45,246 bases of DNA from an uncultured Clostridia bacterium (GTDB lineage Bacteria > Bacillota > Clostridia > Christensenellales > UBA1242), in NCBI GenBank assembly GCA_947630075.1, contig CANRGF010000002.1:1-45246 (forward strand), read 5' to 3'. The notes beneath the pieces are model-generated. The model was given only the letters and a program-made list of their open reading frames with translations, made no database searches and was not told where the DNA came from. The translations under genes and the position numbers were made by a program. Shown one piece after another: positions 37,230 through 44,973 of this stretch. Within the stretch, counting starts at the first letter, position 1. Each line of letters begins with the position of its first letter.

Positions 37230-37238
37230 ATTATATCA
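37230..37238 (-). promoter_or_regulatory. extended -10 promoter element (TGATATAAT) for the protease gene
   Basis: The minus strand reads TGATATAAT about 20 nt upstream of the ATG at 37210. No good -35 is present. Confidence 0.4.
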
Positions 37239-37337
37239 TATTTTTTTTATTTGTTATATTTAAATTTACATTTTTTCATTATAATTGCAAAAAATATTCT
37301 ATCGATATATGAAAAGATTGCTCTTGTATCAATTCTA

Positions 37338-38168
37338 CTAATTATTCTCATCAAACAATTTTATCTGTTCGGGCTTTGCCGTGCGGACTATGTAGGCGTC
37401 TGGGTCTTTTTCTTGCGGAGTAAGTTCAAGGTTTGGGGCAAAGGCACGCAAACAAGCTTTGTAATAAACTTGCTTGTTTGTTGGGCGGAGTAGGGTTAAG
37501 CAATCTTGCAGGTATTTCCCCCAATCCTGCCACTTATCCTCATTGCCGCAATTGTTTAGTTTGCCAATTTTGTAGTGGTCCACACAGTCCATTTCAAGTG
37601 TTTTCTTAATTAATTTTAAGCTTTCGTCTGGCTCGATGGTCGGCTCAAAACTTGCAAAAGTTTTTATGCCATTTTCGTGCAAAATTTTTAGTGTTTCCAA
37701 TCTTTCACTTGGCAAACTTGCAAAAGGTTCCCAAAACCTGCTTTTCTTTTCATCCAAAAATGTTAATGTTGTGCCAACGGTTATTCTATCTTCAAATTCT
37801 TTAAACAAATCTAAATCTCTCAGCATGTTCTTTCCGCCTTTGCTTAAAACCGCAACCGGCACTTTATATGCGTTAAGCATTTTTAGAACTTCTCGCACAG
37901 TTTCGCCATTGTCCGCGCTATCGCAATAGCAATCGCCAACAAAAGATAGCAAAACTTGCTCGGTGTATGTGTTTTTCTTTAAATCTTGCTCTAACAATTT
38001 TAAAATATTTTTTCTGGGCGCAGGTTTGCCAAAATAGTCCTCACCTTTCTTTTGCAAAGTGTGAGGTGCATAACAATATCTGCACCTATGCGAACAACCA
38101 ATGTAAATATTTAGCGCATACGGGCTATATTCTCTCGCCATGCCTGTTGGCCTATAAATAATGCTCAT
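37338..38168 (-). CDS. radical SAM protein (SplB / COG1533-like)
   Basis: IGCSHRCRYCYA is a CxxxCxxC cluster near the N-terminus. 276 aa, with no SPASM-type extra Cys clusters visible. Confidence 0.7.
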   Translation of the reverse strand: MSIIYRPTGMAREYSPYALNIYIGCSHRCRYCYAPHTLQKKGEDYFGKPAPRKNILKLLEQDLKKNTYTEQVLLSFVGDCYCDSADNGETVREVLKMLNAYKVPVAVLSKGGKNMLRDLDLFKEFEDRITVGTTLTFLDEKKSRFWEPFASLPSERLETLKILHENGIKTFASFEPTIEPDESLKLIKKTLEMDCVDHYKIGKLNNCGNEDKWQDWGKYLQDCLTLLRPTNKQVYYKACLRAFAPNLELTPQEKDPDAYIVRTAKPEQIKLFDENN

Positions 38169-38211
38169 ATAATGATTATAGCAAATTTAAATGTTTTATC
38201 AAAATGTTATA

Positions 38212-38631
38212 TTAACAATCATATTGTAAGGATTTTATTTTATCCCAATTATCTTTTATTGTGACACCATCAATGGAAAAGTTAGATTTAAATTCTGAAA
38301 ATGTTTTGTAAGACACAAAATTGTTTGTATCAATCTCCCAAAGAGTATAGTCATTATGAACTGATAATTGATACTTTTTCCCTTCAAATTTAAATGTAAA
38401 ATCAAAACCACGTTTTACTAAATTTAAAAATTGGGGATATGTTGGTAAAAAACTTTTCCCTAATTTAAAATATCTTTTTGCTTGATTTAAACTTATAAAA
38501 TTAGGCGGATTAATAGCGTTAGGATAAGATGTAGAATATTTATCATTATTCCACCCGCACTTTTTGCATGTGCCATTGCCCCATGCATCAATTTTTAAAG
38601 TGTTCTCACACACATCACATTGTTTTTCCAT
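38212..38631 (-). CDS. zinc-ribbon (CPCC-like) protein with an immunity-like C-terminal domain
   Basis: ATG at 38631 with a GAGGA RBS. MEKQCDVCENTLKIDAWGNGTCKKCGWNND. The C-terminus YKTFSEFKSNFSIDGVTIKDNWDKIK is paralogous to the end of 38645-38927. Confidence 0.55.
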   Translation of the reverse strand: MEKQCDVCENTLKIDAWGNGTCKKCGWNNDKYSTSYPNAINPPNFISLNQAKRYFKLGKSFLPTYPQFLNLVKRGFDFTFKFEGKKYQLSVHNDYTLWEIDTNNFVSYKTFSEFKSNFSIDGVTIKDNWDKIKSLQYDC

Positions 38632-38644
38632 ATTTCCTCTAATT

Positions 38645-38927
38645 TTAATCTGCAAAGTTTAATTTAATTTTATCCCAAATATCTTTTACTTTTACGCCAT
38701 CAATGTTTATTTTGTCGGCTAATTCTTTTAACGACTTATAATTTTGATATCCTTCATCTTTTTCCATTCATAAAATTCGAAACCATCAAATTTGGTTATG
38801 CCAAACTTTCGCTTTTTATAAAAGAATTGCATTTCCAAACCATAGCCCACAATTTCCGCAAATTCATCATAAGTTAATTTTTGCTTTTTTCAACTTTTTC
38901 CATTAGTTCAAAACATTTTTCATTCAT
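38645..38927 (-). pseudogene. immunity-like ORF broken by two 1-nt homopolymer frameshifts
   Basis: ATG at 38927 (MNEKCFELMEKVEK). Adding one base to the T6 run at 38885-38890 and one to the T5 run at 38759-38763 gives ...KQKLTYDEFAEIVGYGLEMQFFYKKRKFGITKFDGFEFYEWKKDEGYQNYKSLKELADKINIDGVKVKDIWDKIKLNFAD. Confidence 0.65.
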
Positions 38928-38932
38928 ATTAA

Positions 38933-39259
38933 TCACTCCACACATTGAATTTCAAAAGATTTGGCATTTAGATAAATTGTTGGAAAATCTTGATTGTCAA
39001 AAATTATTTCAATTAAATTTTTATTAGATTTATTAATCCAAATGTTTAACAAAAAATCATTTTGCGTTTGTAAATTTAAATTATATTTCATATTACAAAC
39101 ATTATAAAATGAAACTTTAACCAGATTAGAATGTAGTTGTTTTTTTAGCGATTCAGTTGTTTCTATTGTAAATGAAAAAGTCTTTGATTGATTATCAAAT
39201 TCAAAGTCATACACTCTACAATCATGGAAATTATACTTTTTTAAATCGGTTAATTTCAT
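38933..39259 (-). CDS. hypothetical 108-aa protein, candidate cognate immunity or partner of 39256-39579
   Basis: Its start overlaps the upstream stop by 4 nt. Small, acidic and beta-rich, with no motifs recognised. Confidence 0.5.
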   Translation of the reverse strand: MKLTDLKKYNFHDCRVYDFEFDNQSKTFSFTIETTESLKKQLHSNLVKVSFYNVCNMKYNLNLQTQNDFLLNIWINKSNKNLIEIIFDNQDFPTIYLNAKSFEIQCVE

Positions 39260-39579
39260 TGTTTTCCCCTCCTTAATTCTTCCATTAATTTCAAAAATTC
39301 TTCATATGTTAAAGCAGATTCTGGTGCATGCCTAGGGCTAGGATTCCCATTTTTGTCTAGATACATATCCTCATTCCCCGTCATATTGGGGTTTTCAACA
39401 TGCCAATGCCCAGGATCGTTATTTCTTGGTGGATCATATCTTACTTTTATTTCGGTTTTATTATCCACATATTCTCTGTGTCCATGAATTCTCGCTTGCG
39501 GATGAGTAACTTCTCTATATTGACCCTTTTGACTAAAACTCCCGCCTCCGCCGCCAAAAATTTGAATGTTGATTTTCAT
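39256..39579 (-). CDS. 107-aa His-rich protein with an L27-like (Prp-site) N-terminus
   Basis: ATG at 39579 overlaps the ParB-like stop (ATGA). MKINIQIFGGGGGSFSQKGQYREVTHPQARIHGHREYVDNKTEIKVRYDPPRNNDPGHWHVENPN... Confidence 0.6.
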   Translation of the reverse strand: MKINIQIFGGGGGSFSQKGQYREVTHPQARIHGHREYVDNKTEIKVRYDPPRNNDPGHWHVENPNMTGNEDMYLDKNGNPSPRHAPESALTYEEFLKLMEELRRGKQ

Positions 39580-40613
39580 TGCAATTCCATCCATTCATCA
39601 TGATTGTAGGGGAAAACTTTCAACCTTCCACCCATTTTAGGAAATGGCTTTTCATAACATATTATAGCACTTGGCTCAATTCTTTGCAACATTTCATTAT
39701 ATCCTTTCATAAATTCTTCTTCTATCTTCGTTTTACCATAAGTGGACACAGCAACTATTGAGCCTTTTTCAATACCATCAAAACAAAAATCAAAACTTCT
39801 TTCATCTCCCCATTCAACAGTTGGAATGCACCTTAAACCAAGACTTTGAAAATAAGCTCCGCACCATCTATTTTTAAAAGTGTTTTTAATTTGTAAAGAT
39901 AAAGGCATATCTATATAAATACTATAATCTGGAGATAACAGACAATAATATTGCTTTAATTTTTCAACTGCCAATTCTGGATGAGAATAAACGTAATCAA
40001 ACCTATAATCATATGTAAAGAATTGAATAGTTTTATCAGTATTTTTTATATCATTATATTTTGCATTGTTGAAATTCATAAGTTGTATTTTATTTAAATC
40101 TATGTCTTGTTTCTTAATTAAAGGCATTTCATATTTGCCAACCATTTTAAATTCGTTTCTAACAAGTTTTTGTTTGTTGATTTTTAATAACTCATTATAA
40201 TATTCATCATTTTTTTCTACTATCTCATTATATTTACTATTTTCAATCCCAAAATCTTCAAAATTAAAATTTTGTAATTGTTTTAACTCGTCAAAAAGCA
40301 CGCCATCATCAAATCCTGTTTCCAAATTTGTTGAATTATGAGCAATAACATAAGCTCGTTGTTCTTCTTTTGTTAAATGGTCCAACCTAATACAAGGCAA
40401 AGTTTTAATCCCTAAAAGTTTTGCTGCTTCCACTCTCCCATTTCCTTCTAAAACCACATTGTTTTCGCCTGCAATTCCAATCGGGTCGTTAAAGCCAAAT
40501 TCTTCAATTGAATTTGCAATATGCCTAATTTGTTGTTTGGTGTGTATTTTTGAATTTTTATCATAATTATTTAATGTGTTGATGTCTATATACTCAATTT
40601 TTAAATCTTTCAT
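39576..40613 (-). CDS. ParB-like N-terminal (Srx-fold) domain fused to a DUF4417-like domain
   Basis: The N-terminus IANSIEEFGFNDPIGIAGENNVVLEGNGRVEAAKLLGIKTLPCIRL fits the ParB-N pattern. The C-terminal half resembles DUF4417 (recognised from memory, not searched). Confidence 0.6.
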   Translation of the reverse strand: MKDLKIEYIDINTLNNYDKNSKIHTKQQIRHIANSIEEFGFNDPIGIAGENNVVLEGNGRVEAAKLLGIKTLPCIRLDHLTKEEQRAYVIAHNSTNLETGFDDGVLFDELKQLQNFNFEDFGIENSKYNEIVEKNDEYYNELLKINKQKLVRNEFKMVGKYEMPLIKKQDIDLNKIQLMNFNNAKYNDIKNTDKTIQFFTYDYRFDYVYSHPELAVEKLKQYYCLLSPDYSIYIDMPLSLQIKNTFKNRWCGAYFQSLGLRCIPTVEWGDERSFDFCFDGIEKGSIVAVSTYGKTKIEEEFMKGYNEMLQRIEPSAIICYEKPFPKMGGRLKVFPYNHDEWMELQ

Positions 40614-41029
40614 TTCTTTCTCCTCATTTCTGGCGTAAGGCGCAAATCTTTAAGAATTTTTTCTAAATGTTTGTTGCAATCTTGCAATGTTTTGTAGTGT
40701 TCATTTTCTTTAACCATAACTTTTGGAGTCTTCCCGTCTGAACAAATCCCTGTTACAATGCGAATATATCTATCTGGCTTTTTGTTATATTCTTTCCATG
40801 CCCTATCCCTCATAATTTTAATTTGACAATATTGCCATATAAGTTCGGCATCGGTTGAAGATAATCTATATTTTATGCTTCGTTTTAATGTTGCAACAAT
40901 TTCGGCATATGCCGCCTTTTCTTCATCCGACAAAAATTCTGGGATTTGCAAAACTTCATCATTTATTCTCGCAGTTTCTTGCATTGCCTTTTTGTTTTGT
41001 TCTATCATTTGCTTTTCTAGTAAGTCCAT
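40610..41029 (-). CDS. terS: phage terminase small subunit, P27 family
   Basis: 139 aa. ...TDAELIWQYCQIKIMRDRAWKEY... and the C-terminal LKDLRLTPEMRRKK fit the P27-family pattern. Confidence 0.65.
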   Translation of the reverse strand: MDLLEKQMIEQNKKAMQETARINDEVLQIPEFLSDEEKAAYAEIVATLKRSIKYRLSSTDAELIWQYCQIKIMRDRAWKEYNKKPDRYIRIVTGICSDGKTPKVMVKENEHYKTLQDCNKHLEKILKDLRLTPEMRRKK

Positions 41030-41336
41030 TTACCCTCCAAATAGCAAAAAGGTTCTTCGCCTAGCGAAAAACCTTTTTCTTTCAAAAATATAATAACATA
41101 CAAATTTTTGAATGCTGGTTAATCATGTCAAAAATCAATAAAATTTTTTAAATTTTCTAACGAAATTTGCAAAAACTTTTTAGAATTCGCCAAAACACAT
41201 AAAAACACAAATTAAAACGAATAAATATTTTTAGGCACGCAAGTTGCCTAAGTTTACCTATTTTATAGGGGTTTTGTGCGGTAGAAAAAGGCAATAAAAG
41301 GCACAAGGAAAAACAAGGTAAAATTCTTTGTAAAAA

Positions 41337-41392
41337 ACTCAAAATCTTGCGATGGCAACATCATGTCGGTTCGACCCCGACCACCGGCACCA
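41337..41392 (+). pseudogene. 3' half of the disrupted chromosomal tRNA-Leu(CAA) (attR side; first 10 nt duplicate the core)
   Basis: ACTCAAAATC-TTGCGATGGCAACATCATGTCGGTTCGACCCCGACCACCGGCACCA. Joined to 27957-27996 it gives an 86-nt tRNA with perfect acceptor (GCCGGTG/CACCGGC) and anticodon (CAAGA/TCTTG) stems. Confidence 0.85.
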
Positions 41393-41611
41393 AGCCGCAA
41401 ATGGTTTGTGCGTGAACTTGTATCCATTTGTGTGCAAAGATGGCGTAACTCACATTCACGCATGGGCGATTTTTAAAGTGGGCAACTCCCACCGCTATAC
41501 CAAATTTAATCTTCTTTAAAGCAATCTTCGCTTTTCCGAAGTGTATAATAAAAATATTAACAAAAAAACAACCTCTATCTTTTAAGGGGTTGTTTGTTTT
41601 TTATCAAAATT

Positions 41612-41669
41612 ATTTTTTCTAACGGACTCCGTTAGAAAGCCCAATTTTTGCCCAAATTTATATCTTTTT
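41612..41669 (+). repeat. 58-bp perfect direct repeat, right copy
   Basis: Identical to 28171-28228. It includes the last three sense codons and the stop codon of the ABC-F gene. Confidence 0.9.
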
Positions 41670-43298
41670 TGCCTTTTCTTTTTTGTAATAATCATAATTG
41701 CCAAGATAAACTGTGATTTTTCCATCTTTAAACTCAATCGTCTTTTCCGCAAATTTATTAATAAAGTAACGGTCGTGCGAAACAAACAAAACCGTCCCAT
41801 TAAAATCATCGATTGCTTTTTCCAAAACTTCTTTTGTTTGGATATCTATATGATTTGTGGGCTCATCGAAAACCAAGCAGTTGACATTTTGCTGCAACAA
41901 ACTTGCCAACCTCAATCTAATTCGCTCACCGCCAGAAAGATTTTTTACGATTTTGTTCACATCTTCTTTATAAAACTGAAAAGCCGCTAAAATTTGGCGT
42001 GCTTTTTGCTCGTCAACACCCGCTTCCAACTTAAAGCAATCCAATAATTTTTGATTGTCGTTTTCAAAATTTATAATTTGAGGCAAATATCCAATTTTTA
42101 TGCTAGGGCCAACAAAAACTTCTCCACTATGAGGCAAATCTTGCACGCCCATCACGGTCTTTATAAAAGTGGATTTTCCGCTGCCATTATTGCCAATAAG
42201 TGCCACCCGCTCGCCAGATGTGATTATTAAATTTATTCCGTTTAATATTTTTCGACCATTGCCATCTTCAACAACCAAATTTCTTGTTTCAAATACGCGT
42301 TTTGATGATTTTTTATTCTCAGAAAAGCCAATTTTTAATTTTTTTGCCTCTTGTGGCCTTTCCACTTTCCTCGATAAAATTCTATTTAGTTGCGTTTGAA
42401 GTGAATGTGCACGATTGCATAATGTTGAACTATTGGTTGCCATGCCCCTTTCTGAAAAATATTTTATTTGTTCTTGCAGGCGTTTAATTATAAGTAGTTG
42501 GTCTTGATAGGCTGCCATTTGTTTTTCAAATTCTTTTTCTCGCTCGACTAAATAGCCTGAATAATTTGTGTTGTAAACCTTTGGTTCGATGCCGGACAAA
42601 TCTAAAATTTTATTAGACATTCTATCTAGAAAATAGCGGTCATGCGACACGATAACGCTTGCACCTTTAAAACTTTTAATGTAATTTTCCAGCCATTCAA
42701 TTCTTTCAATATCCAAATGGTTTGTTGGCTCATCTAGCAAAATTAAATCTGGCTTTTGGAGCAATGCTTTTGCAAGTTGCACAAGCGTTTTTTCTCCACC
42801 GCTTAGAGTGGAGTAAGTTTGATGTTTCATCGCATCATCTATGTTTAGGCCAGAGCAAACTGTGTCAATTGCCACATTCACATCATATCCACCCAAAGAT
42901 GAAAATTCTTCCACCGCTTTGCAATATTTTTCTATGGTTTTTTCGTGCTCTAAATGAGATGATGGATTTGCTATGATTTGTTCGTAATTTTTTAAGGTTT
43001 TTGCTAGTTCATTGATTTTTATAAAAGCGTCTTTCAAAACATCTATCACTTGCCTATCGTCCACTTTGTCTGAAGCCGTTTGGTCCAGATAAGCGACACT
43101 TGCACCCTTCTTTATGCTGACCGAACCGGAATCCGCTCTCTCTAGCCCAGCAATCAACTTTAACAATGTTGATTTGCCACATCCGTTAGGGCCAACGATT
43201 GAAATTGACTCTCCTTCATTAAGCGAAAAAGAGACATCTTCAAAAAGTTGCCCATATCCAAAATTTTTAGATAGTTTATTTACATCTAAAATTATCAT
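41658..43298 (-). CDS. ABC-F family ATPase (two ABC domains, no TM domain)
   Basis: Two Walker A motifs (GPNGCGKST, GNNGSGKST), two signature motifs (LSGGEK, LSGGER) and an inter-domain linker. Confidence 0.9.
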   Translation of the reverse strand: MIILDVNKLSKNFGYGQLFEDVSFSLNEGESISIVGPNGCGKSTLLKLIAGLERADSGSVSIKKGASVAYLDQTASDKVDDRQVIDVLKDAFIKINELAKTLKNYEQIIANPSSHLEHEKTIEKYCKAVEEFSSLGGYDVNVAIDTVCSGLNIDDAMKHQTYSTLSGGEKTLVQLAKALLQKPDLILLDEPTNHLDIERIEWLENYIKSFKGASVIVSHDRYFLDRMSNKILDLSGIEPKVYNTNYSGYLVEREKEFEKQMAAYQDQLLIIKRLQEQIKYFSERGMATNSSTLCNRAHSLQTQLNRILSRKVERPQEAKKLKIGFSENKKSSKRVFETRNLVVEDGNGRKILNGINLIITSGERVALIGNNGSGKSTFIKTVMGVQDLPHSGEVFVGPSIKIGYLPQIINFENDNQKLLDCFKLEAGVDEQKARQILAAFQFYKEDVNKIVKNLSGGERIRLRLASLLQQNVNCLVFDEPTNHIDIQTKEVLEKAIDDFNGTVLFVSHDRYFINKFAEKTIEFKDGKITVYLGNYDYYKKEKAKKI

Positions 43299-43428
43299 AT
43301 ACAGATATTATATTTTGTTTAAGCAAAATTGTCAATGTTTTAATTTGTTGTGTCGCCAAGCAAAAAAACAAGGTCGAACCTTGTTTTAATCAACATAGTT
43401 TTATAATGAAATTAGACTTGAAGCATAT

Positions 43429-44091
43429 TTATTTTGCTTTTCTTTTATCTTTGATGGTCTTTATATGGTCTAACAAATAAATTAAATAGCCCAACACAAC
43501 AAAAGCCGCAATTAAAATTGCAAGCCATTTAAGCAGCCCACCCCAACCAAGTGTATCCAAGTTTAAAAAGAAATATGGATAGACTAGGTTTGTGGCGTGA
43601 TTAACAATCGCACCGCGAATTAAAATGAATGCGACATAAACAAGTGGCATAATTAAAGATATAAGCGGATAAAACCACCTTGTTTTGCCATGTTCATAGA
43701 AAAGCACCCAATCTAAGACAAACATAATAGGCAAAGTTACATGCAAAATTAAATTATTTATTGATGTGAAATATTCCACAATGCCATATTCCTTTGCAAG
43801 CAAAATGTTATAGACAAAGAAGGTTACCATTATCATAATCATACACGCAAATTTAAAAGCGGGAGCAAAGGCAACGGGTCCATCTTCTTTTTTATTTGCC
43901 TTTCGCATTGTGAAGAAAAGCGAAGCAAACATAAACCCAATGCAAATATAATTGCTTAGATTTGTGTAATACACATAAAAATCCGCATTGAATTTGGCAG
44001 TAAACTGCCCTAAACTTGCCATAATTCCAACCACACCTAACGTGCAGAAAATTGTTTGAAATAAAATTTGAATGTTCCTATTTTTTATCAT
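43429..44091 (-). CDS. Pr6Pr-family-like multi-pass membrane protein
   Basis: Six hydrophobic segments and YYTNLSNYI near the N-terminus. Confidence 0.5.
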   Translation of the reverse strand: MIKNRNIQILFQTIFCTLGVVGIMASLGQFTAKFNADFYVYYTNLSNYICIGFMFASLFFTMRKANKKEDGPVAFAPAFKFACMIMIMVTFFVYNILLAKEYGIVEYFTSINNLILHVTLPIMFVLDWVLFYEHGKTRWFYPLISLIMPLVYVAFILIRGAIVNHATNLVYPYFFLNLDTLGWGGLLKWLAILIAAFVVLGYLIYLLDHIKTIKDKRKAK

Positions 44092-44965
44092 TTGCGCTCT
44101 CCTGATTTAAGGCATAAAAAGCCACGCCCACCGCGTTAGGCCCAACATGCGTGCCTATTGCGCTGCCTATCATATATGAAGGGATTGATTTCATATCTTT
44201 AACATGGCCTTTATATAACTGTTCGCTATCCGCTAAATACTTTTGCAAATATTCATCTGAAAGTCCAGAATAAACTAGCCCGTAAGGCATAGAAAAGTCA
44301 ATTCCACCACATTTCTCCACAAGTTGATTTAACAAATTGTTGCTTTTCTTTGAGCCAATAGCCTTGCCAACCAATTTAATTTCGCCTTTTATGACTGAAA
44401 TGACGGGTTTAATTGAGAGCAAATTGCCAGCAAATGCTGTAAATGCTGAAATTCTTCCACCTTTACGCAAATATTTAAGTGTGTCTAGCACTGCCATAAG
44501 TTGAATTTTATCTTTTTTATTGTTTAACTCATCATAAATCTCAGTGATGCTAAGTTTGTTTTCTTTAACCAGCCTAATGGCATATTGCACTAAAATGCGC
44601 TCGCCAATGCAAACATTTAAACTATCTAGCACAAAAACTTTGCCCTTAAATTTTTTTGCTGCCTGGACGGCACTATTATATGTGCCAGAAAGTTTTGATG
44701 AAATTGTGATGACAAGAAGTTGACTTCCATCTTTTGTGAGTTCTTCAAATTTTTCATTAAATTGAAATTCGTTTATTTGAGATGTTTTTGGAAATTCGTT
44801 ATTTTCAATCAATTTTTCAAAAAATTCTTTATGGGATAGATTTACGCCATCTAAAAATTCCTCTTGCCCAAATTGCACTTTCATTGGCACGAAATCTATT
44901 CCTAAATTTTTTGCCTCCTCTATATCAATGTCCGAAGCAGAATCTGTTAAAATTTTTATCACCAT
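44078..44965 (-). CDS. DegV-family fatty-acid-binding protein
   Basis: IKILTDSASDI..., SSKLSGTYNSA and the typical ~290-aa length. Confidence 0.85.
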   Translation of the reverse strand: MVIKILTDSASDIDIEEAKNLGIDFVPMKVQFGQEEFLDGVNLSHKEFFEKLIENNEFPKTSQINEFQFNEKFEELTKDGSQLLVITISSKLSGTYNSAVQAAKKFKGKVFVLDSLNVCIGERILVQYAIRLVKENKLSITEIYDELNNKKDKIQLMAVLDTLKYLRKGGRISAFTAFAGNLLSIKPVISVIKGEIKLVGKAIGSKKSNNLLNQLVEKCGGIDFSMPYGLVYSGLSDEYLQKYLADSEQLYKGHVKDMKSIPSYMIGSAIGTHVGPNAVGVAFYALNQESANDKK

Positions 44966-44973
44966 TCCTCCTT

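Larger units (their letters stand above)
27997..41346. mobile_element. 13.35-kb integrated island (phage-remnant or satellite-like) in tRNA-Leu(CAA)
   Basis: It is flanked by the direct core ACTCAAAATC (27987-27996 and 41337-41346), which extends with 2 mismatches to ACTCAAAATCYTGCGAKGG. Integrase and excisionase lie at the left end. All cargo is on the minus strand. Confidence 0.85.

Noticed and set aside
37338-38168. The radical SAM protein as a prokaryotic viperin or a RiPP maturase.
   Set aside because: There is no neighbouring precursor peptide with a recognisable leader, no SPASM domain and no viperin-type motifs that I could see. Only the CxxxCxxC cluster is certain.
41157-41809. ORFs 41157-41342, 41263-41463 and 41582-41809 at the right island junction.
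   Set aside because: They cross the attR core, the tRNA 3' half, the terminator and the 58-bp repeat, or overlap the ABC-F gene out of frame. None has an RBS.
41658-43298. The ABC-F protein as an antibiotic-resistance (ribosomal protection) determinant.
   Set aside because: Housekeeping ABC-F paralogs look the same at motif level, and the linker (ARD) cannot be classified without alignment. The gene lies outside the island core.
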